DNA of 64,000 nucleotides from a virus (IMGVR_UViG_3300031857_000082:1-64000); one strand, 5' to 3'. Shown: positions 18,250 through 30,800, counted from the first letter of the stretch. Notes: generated from the letters alone by a model not told the origin. Numbers and translations: made by a program.

Positions 18250-19355
18250 TAAGAAACACTTACTCCAAACCTATACTCTATGTAGTTATTTGTATTTTCT
18301 ACTTTGATAATAGGATACCCATTTGTTGTTCTTGCAACATTGTATCCAACTAATGAGTAAAGAGGGTTTACAGTGCTTTCATTTTCTAGCCTCATTCCAT
18401 CTAAACAAATATAATATTGATCATCTGTTCCATTGCCAGTTGTTACATACGCTGTAATCTTTACCAAGTTAACTTGTCCCCAAGAGAAATCTGTGTCTTT
18501 TGTAAAACTTCCTATAGGAATGTCTAAAATTTTATATCTGGTAGGCAATACACCACTGCTGCTTTGAACATTAAAATCATTTTGAACTAAGTTTGCTGTA
18601 TAGGTAGCCTTTGGCCTAGAGCCAACGTTATTTATAAAATCTATTTTTATAGTAGTTGTCGCTGGAATAGAGTTAGAATTTGCTGCCTTATTTATTAAAG
18701 ACATTGCAAGTCTGATCTTGTCTTGAGGAAGATTTTGACTAAAGTCAAAGTTAAAGGTAGAGTTTTCTATAGAATATGAAGAATTATCTCCTCTTACCAT
18801 AAGTGCTTTGTTTAAAAATCTAGAAGGCTCATGTTTATTCTTTCTATTTGTATCATTAAATATACGATCATTTGCATTAAAATAAAATATTCTGCTTGAA
18901 ACACTAATGTCTGTAGTGCTTGTATTTCCATTATCTAAGGCTACCGCCTCAAGTACTGTAGAGGCCGATGTAACGCTAGCAGAGGTAAAGTTATATAACC
19001 AATTTTCTGCTGTTGAAAAAGTCATCAATAACTTACTATCATATTGGTTTGCTATAGAGTTTTTAACTGCTGGGAATACCCCTATCTCTGATATCTGATA
19101 TCTTTGATCAGAAGGCATTTCTGCTTTAAAGACAATTTTGTCTACCCCGTTTTCTCTAACAAAGCCTTTAGATAGAATAGGAACTCTAAACATTTCAAAA
19201 TCTAAATTTTTTCTTGTGGCATCATAGTATGGAGATGCAGCGTTGGATTGAGAAAAAGGTACATTTCCTGAGCCTGCAGCAAGATAGGCAGCAAACTCTG
19301 GTGCTTGACCAAGTAAGTATTTTGCTATAATCTGTTTGCCATTATTAGTTATCAT
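18249..19355 (-). CDS. tail-tip/baseplate-associated protein
   Basis: MITNNGKQIIAKYL...EIGVF N-terminus typical of fibre-attachment (DUF3751-like) domains. Confidence 0.6.
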   Translation of the reverse strand: MITNNGKQIIAKYLLGQAPEFAAYLAAGSGNVPFSQSNAASPYYDATRKNLDFEMFRVPILSKGFVRENGVDKIVFKAEMPSDQRYQISEIGVFPAVKNSIANQYDSKLLMTFSTAENWLYNFTSASVTSASTVLEAVALDNGNTSTTDISVSSRIFYFNANDRIFNDTNRKNKHEPSRFLNKALMVRGDNSSYSIENSTFNFDFSQNLPQDKIRLAMSLINKAANSNSIPATTTIKIDFINNVGSRPKATYTANLVQNDFNVQSSSGVLPTRYKILDIPIGSFTKDTDFSWGQVNLVKITAYVTTGNGTDDQYYICLDGMRLENESTVNPLYSLVGYNVARTTNGYPIIKVENTNNYIEYRFGVSVS

Positions 19356-19356
19356 A

Positions 19357-19773
19357 TTAAGACCTTACCCTATAAATTGTACCACTACTGTCTACTTCAA
19401 TTTCTAACGATTCGTTAGGCCCCATGTTACTTAAATTAATAACAATATTGCCATTTTCAATATAAGCATAGTCACTTCCATCGGTAGGGAGTCTGCTTAT
19501 CAAATCAATACCATAAACATCAAATAATGAGTTGTTTGATTTTGTTGCAGATAATAAACTTGTAGGATCAAATTCTCTATTTATAGAAGATAGATTTGAT
19601 ATAACATTGTAAAATGGATTAATTCCTTCTACAGTATCATGCTTAGTAAACTTAGTTAATTCTAGTGAAGATAGGTTTTCAAATAATAGACTTTGTATTT
19701 CTGCTACGTCTACCCCTGGATCATCTAGATTGACAACAACATCCCTAGTAGGAATTTTTACTGGATCTCCCAT
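19357..19773 (-). CDS. minor tail protein
   Basis: Position in the tail operon; coupled to the upstream gene. Confidence 0.55.
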   Translation of the reverse strand: MGDPVKIPTRDVVVNLDDPGVDVAEIQSLLFENLSSLELTKFTKHDTVEGINPFYNVISNLSSINREFDPTSLLSATKSNNSLFDVYGIDLISRLPTDGSDYAYIENGNIVINLSNMGPNESLEIEVDSSGTIYRVRS

Positions 19774-22700
19774 TAAATTTCCACCATCCTTATTTTAGTT
19801 TCTGGACCACCTAGTGCTGAAGAATAGTCCATTTCGTACACAACAAATTTTTTATTGGTATCTACAAAGTCATACCCACCTGGCATTACATAGTTTATAG
19901 ATACTACATCTCCTAATTGTATCGTAGATGCACCAAATACGGAGGCAGCAATATCTTTTCTTTGTCTTAAGGTCTTTTGAATAATCCAAGACATTAATGA
20001 TTCAGCCTCATCTTTATTTTGAATATATAAAGAATCTAAAGAAAATCCTTTTTTGCCATATTTAGATCTACTTAATCGTATGTCTTGGTATAGTTGTTCT
20101 GCACTTATTGGAGAAAACAATGTTCTATCTACATATTTATCATCGTATACCGTTGAGTTTTCTTTAATAAATTCATCAACAGACAATGTATGACTTGTGC
20201 TTTGGGTAAAAGTAATACCATGAATCTTAAGATAATTAGAAGAGTTTTCTCCAAGGACGATAGTTTTATCTGTTGAATTAAATATTAAGAACTCTGCACC
20301 ATATGATCCTGCTCTAAATCCAGATGTGGTAAAGGACCTTTCACTACTAAATGTTTTTGCAATTTGTGCAATGAATGCAGGGTATGCTTGGTCATATTTA
20401 ATATTAAAATATGCACACTCCCTCATAATAGTTCCAAATTCTTCAAAGTACATATCATATTTGCTTGGACTATCTATGCCTATATTAGATAAGTATGAGC
20501 CTTTTACTAATCCAGATACTGCATATCTTCTAAGAGCATCTGAAGATGTTATTTGATTATTAGAAAAGGTTTGATCAATTTCTTTAATTACAGCAGCATT
20601 TGTTTGTTGACTTTGTAAGTTTTTTAATGCATATATATTTTCAAACATACATTTTGAAGACCCTCTAACAAATAAGGCCATATTGTTATAAACTGGTAGA
20701 GGCTCTGGGTCGTCAACAATTGCAATCAACTTATTATTTATATATAGGTAAAATCTTCTTGTAGTACCAATGTTTTCATATTCTACCGCCAAATCGTACA
20801 CTGTTGGATTTTCTATATTCATCAACCTATCTTGACCAACAAAGCCACCATCATCTACTAGTATTTGAGATAATCCACCCCATATCTTTTTAGGGATTGC
20901 TTCTTGTGTACCTGAGTTAACTGTTCCAGGTACTATCTTATAAAACATAACGTTTTCTAAAACTGAGTCTTGACCATTTGTTGATGACACATTATAGTCT
21001 TGTAAATTACTTCCCGTTAATGCACATATTTCAAAATAATATCCATAGTTGGTATTTGGATTAATCATAACTCCTAGCCCACCAGATCCACCAGAAATAA
21101 TTGCATCTTCTACAATATAATATTCTGAAGCATTTGTTGCAGTTTGAAGTTCATTAGTAGACTCTGGCTTTCCAATTATTCTCATTCTTGTTCCAAAATG
21201 TTTAAAGTCAGAAGTCATTTCTTTATATATATATGTTACAAAATTTTTAGGAGTTACTCCCGTAGTCATTGGAGTTGGTCCAGTAAATACTAATGCTGAA
21301 GATTGGATAGTTGCCGTAGAGGTAGTTTTTTGATATCTAATTGTTTCATCAGACGGAACTGTTTGTCTTAAAAAGTTTGCAATTATGCCATTTCTACTTG
21401 ACCTTGTTGCAGTTGCGTTATCAACACCTACTGCTTGTCCTAGTGCTTGAAATGTTGGAACAGTTAATACTGTTTGGGCTGATCCAGCAACGTATTGAGG
21501 ATATGCTATGTCTACAAATCCGTATCTATTGTCAACTTCAATTGGAGCAAGTGTATTAAACAAATACTCTGATTTCATATTTACACCACGAAGGTAAGTA
21601 TTATCTGACCAATAATCTGGAAGCCCAGCACTGTGATCTGTAATCTTAGTGCCAAATTGTGCTCTACCATGTTCTTTGACTGGACCATTCTTATAAACTA
21701 CTCCACCCCCACCTAATTGGTAATAAGGCTTTGTGTAAATTCTTACATTTCCAGTTCTAAACATTTTTCCATTAAATGGTAATTGTCCAAAGTATTGTTC
21801 ATATTGTTTAGGACTTGTTATCCATACTTTATTAGAGTTTACTGGAGTAGTGCTTATTTGTGGATCTAATATTATATCTACCCCGCCGTATACCATGTAT
21901 TCGATTGCATCATATCTAATAATTTCTCCATTAGCATATAGATAACCGTTAAACTTTTGAAGCCACATAACGTTTTCACCTAAATCAACTACATTGTTTT
22001 TAATTGTATTTGATTCAACATATGGTGCCACATCTGTAATATTTGAATTTAATGGTGCTGCTGAAAGTGTGTAGTCTCCAGATGAAGCAGCCTCATTTTG
22101 AGATATTTGAAATTGTTGTTGAGCAATTTCCCAAAGAAGGACTGGTTTATAAACATAGGTTATATCTTCATCTGTGTATGATGCTTGACTTAAACTAGAA
22201 GGTGATTTTTGAATATATCTATTTGTATAGTTTATTTGCCCATCATTTATAATAGGTGTTTCTCCATCTGCTAAGTCAAAGATATTAGATAGTTTATAAT
22301 TGCTACCTGGAACCTCTGCTGATGGATTGTCTAAGTAAGTTTCTGGTGTAGTTTGTCCGTATAGAACTAAATCAACAGATCTTTTATCTTGATCTGGAAG
22401 CAAGTATTCTTTTGGCATAACTACAAAATTATTATATTCATCAAAGAACATTGCTGATTGAGTAGACACGGCAAGTCTTTCAAGAACTTGAGCAACGCTT
22501 ACGTCTGGCTCAATAAAGAAATATGGAATAACTGGATCAAAGATATAATTATTTTCAAAAGTTTTAAAAACATAGTTACTAAATCCAATGTTGTCTAAAA
22601 GTATTGCCACTGCTGCAGTCAATGTTACATTCTTTAAAAATATTGTAGGGGCTACCGAGGTTTCTAATCTAAAATATGCATCTCTTAATTGTATAGTTAG

Positions 22701-24245
22701 GTCGTTAAGCCCTCCTACGGCTTTAGGAAATACTTCAGCATACAAACTTTTTAATGGTACAAACTTGTCATATTTAAGACCATCTGTATCTACTACCTTT
22801 AACACTCTTTCGTAAAAATCAAATTTAATATTGTTCTTTAATTTATTTGAAACAACGCTATTGGCATTTTGCTCACTAAATGCTGAATCAAAATTCATAA
22901 GTGTTATAGATCCATTAGAGGCAACTAGCCCACCTACTGGAATGCCAGAGTCGCTTTTGGCTATGGCCTTGTTAAAGGAAAAGCCGACAGTATATTCTGA
23001 CATGTCTGCCTTGATCCTAGGAGATAGTTCTATAAGGTCAAATGGGGTGTCTGGGGCTGTCATTGTCTTAATGGCTACCCTTAGACCCTTCAACTTAACA
23101 AACTCTCTATATATCCTTGTATTGTTTGTATTTACATATCTAGGGCTTGTTAATGATCTTGCCAACCCTGTTTGCTTAGTATCTTCAAAATTAGTATTGT
23201 TATCTTGTAATAGTGAGAATCCATAGTTAGGAGTATATTGTTCCCATATCTTTTTATTGTTATTATCATTCCAGATATAAAGAGTTCCTATGTTTGATTG
23301 GCTACCCCCAACTAAATAGGCGTCTCCATGGTTATTGTTAAAGTCTTTGCCAGGCAATTGGCTTTCTAAATCAAGATAGTCTACAAAGTTAAAGTATTGT
23401 TTATAGTCATTTGGTGCAATTAGCCCATAGTAAAGTTCTACGTATCCATCCCATGGAACTATTTCTGTTCCGTCTCTACGAGTAGAGGTTTCATCAAATG
23501 CTACAGCATCTACCCATGTATCTGTTTCATCTAAATATTGTATAGACCATACTTTAGGTATGCTAGATCTTGTTCTATCATTAAGAGGATTTTTAATAAC
23601 TTCATCTGTATATACTCTTACTGTCTCTGAAGAGTTTTCATCATCTGACAAATTTGTTTGCATCTTAACAACAATTCTGTTGGCAAACATAGATTCTTTA
23701 TACACTACAAATGGGCAAGCATCTTCAATATAATATCCTAGTGCCGTTTCTGTTTGAGAAGATATTCCTCTTTCAACATTCTCTTCTTTTCTATATGATG
23801 TCCAATATTTAAATTTATCATATTTAGAAGCAAGATAGTATCTAGGTCTTGTTCCAGATCTTATGTTATCTATATACTTTTTATTTCTAAAGACTACCTT
23901 GTTAATTCCAGACCTTGGTCTAAATGGAAGAAAGCAATCTTCTAAACTATAATATAACTTTCTAGATAATTCAGGGGTAACAAAAGGAATAGGAGTCTGT
24001 CCATCATTTTCTACTACGTATTCTGATTTAATAGAAGAGTCTAAAGCATTAATGAAGGTAGGATCTTCATTACTAAAATTGATGGGTAGAATATTAAATT
24101 CATTTCCTAATGGCCTATATCTATAATTACCAGATGCTGATATATCCTCTAGATCATTTAAATTCCATTCTGCTACTACAAATGATTTAATTTGTAAGGT
24201 AGTATTTTGCTCAATATGAGACTTTAAAACTGTATCTTGAAACAT
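19773..24245 (-). CDS. large tail-tip/hub (central-fibre-like) protein, 1490 aa
   Basis: Second gene after the tape measure; LERLAVSTQSAMFFDEYNN and IQLGDVVSI motifs typical of Tal/hub proteins. Confidence 0.7.
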   Translation of the reverse strand: MFQDTVLKSHIEQNTTLQIKSFVVAEWNLNDLEDISASGNYRYRPLGNEFNILPINFSNEDPTFINALDSSIKSEYVVENDGQTPIPFVTPELSRKLYYSLEDCFLPFRPRSGINKVVFRNKKYIDNIRSGTRPRYYLASKYDKFKYWTSYRKEENVERGISSQTETALGYYIEDACPFVVYKESMFANRIVVKMQTNLSDDENSSETVRVYTDEVIKNPLNDRTRSSIPKVWSIQYLDETDTWVDAVAFDETSTRRDGTEIVPWDGYVELYYGLIAPNDYKQYFNFVDYLDLESQLPGKDFNNNHGDAYLVGGSQSNIGTLYIWNDNNNKKIWEQYTPNYGFSLLQDNNTNFEDTKQTGLARSLTSPRYVNTNNTRIYREFVKLKGLRVAIKTMTAPDTPFDLIELSPRIKADMSEYTVGFSFNKAIAKSDSGIPVGGLVASNGSITLMNFDSAFSEQNANSVVSNKLKNNIKFDFYERVLKVVDTDGLKYDKFVPLKSLYAEVFPKAVGGLNDLTIQLRDAYFRLETSVAPTIFLKNVTLTAAVAILLDNIGFSNYVFKTFENNYIFDPVIPYFFIEPDVSVAQVLERLAVSTQSAMFFDEYNNFVVMPKEYLLPDQDKRSVDLVLYGQTTPETYLDNPSAEVPGSNYKLSNIFDLADGETPIINDGQINYTNRYIQKSPSSLSQASYTDEDITYVYKPVLLWEIAQQQFQISQNEAASSGDYTLSAAPLNSNITDVAPYVESNTIKNNVVDLGENVMWLQKFNGYLYANGEIIRYDAIEYMVYGGVDIILDPQISTTPVNSNKVWITSPKQYEQYFGQLPFNGKMFRTGNVRIYTKPYYQLGGGGVVYKNGPVKEHGRAQFGTKITDHSAGLPDYWSDNTYLRGVNMKSEYLFNTLAPIEVDNRYGFVDIAYPQYVAGSAQTVLTVPTFQALGQAVGVDNATATRSSRNGIIANFLRQTVPSDETIRYQKTTSTATIQSSALVFTGPTPMTTGVTPKNFVTYIYKEMTSDFKHFGTRMRIIGKPESTNELQTATNASEYYIVEDAIISGGSGGLGVMINPNTNYGYYFEICALTGSNLQDYNVSSTNGQDSVLENVMFYKIVPGTVNSGTQEAIPKKIWGGLSQILVDDGGFVGQDRLMNIENPTVYDLAVEYENIGTTRRFYLYINNKLIAIVDDPEPLPVYNNMALFVRGSSKCMFENIYALKNLQSQQTNAAVIKEIDQTFSNNQITSSDALRRYAVSGLVKGSYLSNIGIDSPSKYDMYFEEFGTIMRECAYFNIKYDQAYPAFIAQIAKTFSSERSFTTSGFRAGSYGAEFLIFNSTDKTIVLGENSSNYLKIHGITFTQSTSHTLSVDEFIKENSTVYDDKYVDRTLFSPISAEQLYQDIRLSRSKYGKKGFSLDSLYIQNKDEAESLMSWIIQKTLRQRKDIAASVFGASTIQLGDVVSINYVMPGGYDFVDTNKKFVVYEMDYSSALGGPETKIRMVEI

Positions 24246-24880
24246 TAGACTTCCTCTAGAGTTACAGACACATTACAAAAATCGTAAGTATTTCTACCTC
24301 TTTTAACAACTGACAAATCAAATGAGGCAAAGTATACTTCTACTAATTCGTTATACTCGCCAAGTCTATTAAATTGTGGATCGTCATTTTCATCCAGCAT
24401 ATTACTATATCTATCTGCAGCAATCATAACCCAAAATGAACCTGGATTATTGTTATACCAGTTTCTCATTTCTTCTGCTCCAGCACCACCGTCTGAGGTA
24501 TATTGAATAAGGTTTGAGGCTGTAGGTTTTCCAGTGCTAGCACTAAACTCTGGATTTTTATTAAAGGCTCTTGAGGGTAGCATTTCCCAATTTAAAGATA
24601 TTCTAAGTTTATCTGCTACATGGTATGAACGCATTTTAGCATTAATAGTTCTTTTTCTATTTTCAATTCTTTCACATGAGTATTCTATTGGTTGTCTATT
24701 ATCATCAGATAGAATTATAAAATCTTCATATTCTACCCCCGTTGGAACTAGAGTAGTTGCTCCAGCAATAGATATATGAGTATCTTTTGTCCCATAGGTT
24801 TTAGACCAAGCAATTGCTTGTGGTCTTTTTGGAAGGCTGTTTAGATTCCAACGACCATTTAGATATGAACTACTAGCCAA
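24245..24880 (-). CDS. distal-tail-like minor tail protein
   Basis: Immediately after the tape measure; RTINAKMRSYHVADK..ISLNWEMLP and terminal VSVTLEEV. Confidence 0.7.
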   Translation of the reverse strand: MASSSYLNGRWNLNSLPKRPQAIAWSKTYGTKDTHISIAGATTLVPTGVEYEDFIILSDDNRQPIEYSCERIENRKRTINAKMRSYHVADKLRISLNWEMLPSRAFNKNPEFSASTGKPTASNLIQYTSDGGAGAEEMRNWYNNNPGSFWVMIAADRYSNMLDENDDPQFNRLGEYNELVEVYFASFDLSVVKRGRNTYDFCNVSVTLEEV

Positions 24881-27800
24881 CTTTTACACCTCTTAGACTT
24901 CTTGACTCTACTTGTTTAATCTTTGACATTACGGCATTTGCTATTTCATCAGGAGATGCGTCTGTTCCTGCAACATTAACATTAATGCTATAACTATTAT
25001 TATACAGGCTAGGATTAGTTTTTGCACTACCCTTTGGCATTGCTCCGCCAGGATATATATTTCCGTTTAATTGTTCAAGCAATGGCATATAAGCACTAGC
25101 AACTGATTTTCTAATTACAAATTCTCCAGGAGTTAGTAATGCTGGAACACGATCTGTATTTCCCATTCCTGGAACCATACTTCCATATGCCATTTTTATT
25201 GCTGGAGGTGGCTCATTTGATCCCTTGTAGTTAACCCTTCCACCCATTGCATATAGCGGTGGATTTATTTTTAATTTGTATCTACTGATTAATAAATCTC
25301 TTTCTCCTTCACTTAAAACTTTATTAGCACTATTATTAATAAATCTATTAAAATCTGAAAGTGCTGCACTTTTTGCAGATCCCCTTAATTGACCATTAAT
25401 TGCTTTAGTTATTTGCTCTGCCCTCTTAACATATTTATCTTGTTGTGCCATTGGCGTTCCTGATCCTGTGTTGCTTGCTCCTCCAGAACCACCTCCGCTA
25501 AATGAGACCCCGCTTGCCTGACCTATTTTTTGTAACTCTGCAAAAATTTGTCTATAAACTTCAAGATTTGCAGTATTGTTTGCAAGACTTTTTAACTCTA
25601 ACGCATATCTTTCATCTGCTAATTTTTGTTGTAACTGTAATATAGGAATTTTTTCTTCTTCTATTTTTTTAATATCTAAACCTATTTGGTATATTCTTTC
25701 ATTTGATGCTTTAATGGCATCTTCAATTTCTTTTCTTGTCATCAATACGCCATTGACGCTTATCTTTATTGCCTTTATAGCATTTTCTCTTTGAACTTCT
25801 AGGGCTTTTCTAGCATCTTCTATTTTATATAATGCTTCTTGAGATGTTATTTCTGCAGCCGCTTGTGCTGCAGCCCCAATATCTCCGCTAGTAAGGGCTG
25901 TTGCTAAATTAATTCTTGATTTTTGTCTATTTGCATTTCTTTGATTTGCATTATCAACCTTGTCTAATGCCTCAACTCTCTTATTATATTCTTCATTAAT
26001 TTTTTCTTCTTGTTCTGATATTTTATCTAAAGCATGCTGTCTTACTTCATTTAAATCTTGTTCTTTTTCAATCTCATCTTGCTTTGCATTTATTCTTCTA
26101 TCAATCAATGTTATTTGTCTATTATAAATTTTATCTTGAATGTCAAGAACTTGCATTCTTTTATCTTCAGCACTTGTCAATCTATTTGTAATATCTACAG
26201 TATTTTTTAAATAGTCTTGATATGCTTTTTCTAAACTTATTCTTTGTTTTTGTGCCTTATTAGCAATTTCAATAGCAAGTGCTGGATCCATTTGTGCTAT
26301 CTGTGCATCTGTCAGCATTGATTGTTTCTTATCAGAATTTAATACCTTTAACGCTGCTATGTATTGTTTTGTTTGTTTAATTCTTTCTTGCATCATTTGA
26401 ATTTCAGTTTTATCTCCAGTGCCTGTTGTAGAGGCTGGGGTGGTTTGTTGATTCATTGCTAATAATGTTTTGTTCATTTCATCCATTTGTCCATAGGCAG
26501 CCACTGCACCAGATAATGATATATTTTTTCCAGCCTGTGTTATTCTACCTTGTATGTCTGCTATTTGTACTGCATATGTTATAGAAGCAAACTTGTTTTC
26601 TAATGTTAAGTTATTAAAGTCTTTTATTTTATTTAAAACATAATCAAACGATGATTCGCTACCACCAATTTTAATTGCAAAATCTATAGCGGCTTTCTTC
26701 ATTTGACCTGGTTTGCCACTACCCATATTTTTATAAATATCGCTAAATTCTTTTATTGCATCTTTATTTCCTGTTTCAATCTCTAATAATAACTTGCTTC
26801 CACCCAATGCTAGATTTCCATTTTTATCAAATCCAAATGAGTATAGTAATTCTTGTAATTGTCCTGCTTTATCTAATCCAACAATGTCTACCGCTGCTTT
26901 AAATGATGCTGCATTAGATGAAGAAAGATTATTTTGTGCCCACATTGCAAATTTTGATGCTTCAATTTCATTTCCAACAAACTTATTGGTCCACTCCACT
27001 GCTACAGAATTATCTTTGTTTTGTATAAAATCAACTAACATAACCAAATCTTCTGGCCTTATTTGACCAGATGATACCTGCAATAGTACCTGTGCTGACT
27101 TTCCTTCATCTAACTTGTTAGAAATTTCATTTATTTTCTTTACCTGTTCTTCTGTGTATCCACCAAGTATCAACTGATCCTTTAATGCTTGTGCAGTAGC
27201 ACCTTTATCAGAAGTTGCATTTAATGAAAATTGAATTTGTTTTTGTGCTTCTTGTTGTAATGAATTTGTTTTTTCAATTATTTCATTATATTTAGATTGA
27301 GTAATTGCACCCTTTTGTAATTCTATATTTGCAAGTGCTTGTGTTTCTTCAGCAGATTTAAATGTTTGTATTGCAGATGAGATATTAAAAGAAGAGTCTT
27401 TAAAGTCTTGATTTCCTATTGTGTAAGTTCCTCCCCTACCCGCTGATATAGCAGTTCTTGCTGGCCCCTCCATAGAACCTTTATATTGACCTCTTTGTTG
27501 TGTCAACCTTAATAAGGCTTCAGAACCTGATCCTTGTGAAGATATTTGTCTTATAACTTGATTTGACAAAAGAGAGTCTTTAAGTTCTACGCCCACTACT
27601 CTTGCAAACTCTCCACCAGAAGTTGCGTCCATCATTCCACTTGCTATTGCGTTTTGAATATAAGAAGACAGTTCAGAACTTCTTTCTGTTGAAGACATCC
27701 CTCTTAGACTTTGTAAAAATGCTTGACCTTGCTCTGTTTGTAATGCTGCAAAAGATTCTTCTTGTGCTTGAAGTTGTTTATCTGTAAATTTAACGCTATT

Positions 27801-30800
27801 AGATAAAGAAATTTGTAATGGAGTTTGTTTTCCTAAAATTTTTGCCATTACATCTAGTGCATTTGCTGCTCCACCTGCAGATGCACCTTGTTTAGCAGAC
27901 TCTCTTGCTGCCTTATCTATGCTTTCTCTATATTTCTTTAATCCTATGGCTGTTGCAGTAACTGCTGCAATTAAAATTCCCCATGGTCCAAAAAGTTTCG
28001 GTATTAAACTAGGAAATATAGACATTGCTAAAATAGCAGGAGTAAGTGTATTTATAAAATTTCCTACTCCATTTACGTATTTATTTGTGGCTTGTTGCAT
28101 TTGCTGACCTATCATTGGAAGAACAAATCCAGCACTCATAAGGCCCATTCCCATTGCTGGGTTTTTTGCCATATATTGAGCAACTCTTGATTGCATATTT
28201 GGTCTTAAACTAGAAGTTGGTCCTGCAACCCCTCTATTATTTGTTGCTAGATCCATAACTAATCTATTTTGTTCATCTGTTGCAAAATATTGAACGCCTG
28301 GAATTTTTCCACCCTTGTTATATCCAGCCATACTGCCGTTATTAATTGCTTTTAATAATGCCATATTGTTTCTAGTTGCTTCTTTGTTTACTACAAATTC
28401 CCCTGGAGTTAGCATTGCTGGAACGGTATCTGTGTTTCCAGATCCAGGAACTATATTTCCTCTATTAAATTTAGCAATACCACCTTTATTAAGGCCTAGT
28501 GTTCTTTTAAGATTTTCATTATAGTCATCTACTAAAGATGGTCTACCTCTAGAGATTCTTGAAAATTCATCATCAGTAACTTGTTTTCTAATTTTACTTA
28601 ATGCTCTATCTCTTACATCTTGGTACCCAGGACTATATACTGCCCATTGATTTTGGCTTTTCCATTCACTATATCTGCTTTGAACAATGTCTTCTAAGCC
28701 TTTTGCTTTTCTAAAAAATTGTCCTATATCTAATTTGATAGAACCTTTTTGTAAAATTTTTGCATAATCTACTGCAGCATCTGCACCAACAAAAGGTGCT
28801 AATTCATCAATCATATTCATAGATTTTGGATCTAATCCAGAAAGATTCATAATTGCAGGTTTGCCAACTCTTCCTCTTTCAAATATTGCTTTTCCTCTTA
28901 ATCCACCTAATGCGTATCTAGGAATCATGCCACCTTTATTTCTAAAAATTGGTTCATCTGGAGATAGTAAAATTTGTGATTCAAAATCATAAAAATCTTT
29001 TAATAACCTAGAAGTTTTTTGTTTTTTTCTTGGAGAATATGGAATACCTAATAATTCAGACACAATCATTTTTTGTTTTTCAAATTCTTTAATATTTATT
29101 GGAGCACCTATTCCTAAACTACTATATAGTTTACTTTGATTAAATTCTTTTGGTTCTACAACTGCTTGACCTAAATATCCTTTTAAACTATAGCCCCTAC
29201 CAGACTGTCTTTGTTTTTCTATTCTGGTTTGGGTATGGTGTGATCTATCTCCAAGTTTTCTTCCATCTCCTCCTATAAATGCTAACTCAGCAATATCATC
29301 TCCTACGTATCCTTTATTTTTCAAAAAACTTGTTAAGTCAAGAATCTCATTACTTTCATTTGAAATTGTATTCCATCTTAAATCTTTAGGATCTGTTTTA
29401 ATTTCTATTTGTCTTATCTTGTTTGCTTCAGAATATAATTTTTTTCTAATAGGAGCAAGATCTTCTATTCCGCTATTATTAAATCCAGATTTTTTAAATA
29501 ACATGTCTATTTCATCATTACTAAATCCACTTTGTCTTAATGCCATAGCATCATTAAGTCTTGCACCTTCTACAACATCTGTCCAACTTCTTGATCTTAA
29601 TCTTTGTAATACATTTTTATCAAATGCACCTAATTGTGGCCTTAGTTGTTTAATTTGCTTTCTCATTCTTGCACCTATAAGCATTCCTATATTTGCATAT
29701 TGAACACCTGGAATTTTTCCACCCATACCATATTTAGGTATCTTTCCACCCATACCATACATATGAGCACCTTCAAAGCCAGCAGGTCTCTTAGTACCTC
29801 TCCAACTTTGTTGCATTCTTGTATATGACTGTCTATTTAAATCTTCATAAGTAGATCTATTAGCCATTTGACCAGTGCTACTTCTCATTCTTTGTTTCAT
29901 TACATTTGCAGTATCTTCTGATAATAATCTTTGTAAATGATCTGGAGATAGTCTATTTAATAGTGCTTCATTTTGTAATTCTTTTACAGAAACAAATTTA
30001 ACATTAGCATATTCAGGTTTATCTATTACATCTTGAATTCTTTCAAGTCCTTTACTATCTAAGAATCTTACTTCTTTACCCGCATTTTTTGCTGCTATAG
30101 AATCAAAATTATTTTGTAGTGTTGTCTTATAAGCAGTCTTTGCCCATTTTTGACCAGCGTATGCATCTATCATCCACATACCAATGTCGCTTGTCATTTC
30201 TCTTCTAAGTTGATCTAGTGGTACGCCTCTCTTATCAAACCCACCCATTACTCTATTTCCAACTAATTGTTTATTTGTAGTTGGATTAACAAGATATACA
30301 AGATTATTTAGTTTACCTAATACTTCTCCAGTTGCTCTTGAAGATACTGATGCAGTTCCTAAAGGCATTCTTCTTCTATTTGGTGCAAATACTGAAAGTT
30401 CTGATGCTGCTTTTTCTGCTGCTTGCCTTGGTCCTAAGTAAGCACCAGGGTTTGCATATGTAGTGCCACCCTTATTGTATCCAGCACCTCCACCATTAAT
30501 TGCGTATAGTAATCCTAAATTCTTTTCAGTTGCCTGTTTATTAACAATAAATTCTCCAGGTGTAAGCATTGCTGGAACGGTATCAGAATTGCCAGTTCCT
30601 GGAACAGTAGATCCGTCACTCATAAATATTCTTCCACCAGAATTTCTCATTTGTGGTGGTCTGATTATTCTTCCACTTGCTGCTCTTCCTGTTTGAGCAA
30701 GTCCTGCTGCAGTTTGTCCAATACCCATTGTATAAGGTGCAAGTCTTGCTGCTTCCATCATTTTTGCTATAAGAATAGTATATGAATCGCCTAAGTATTT

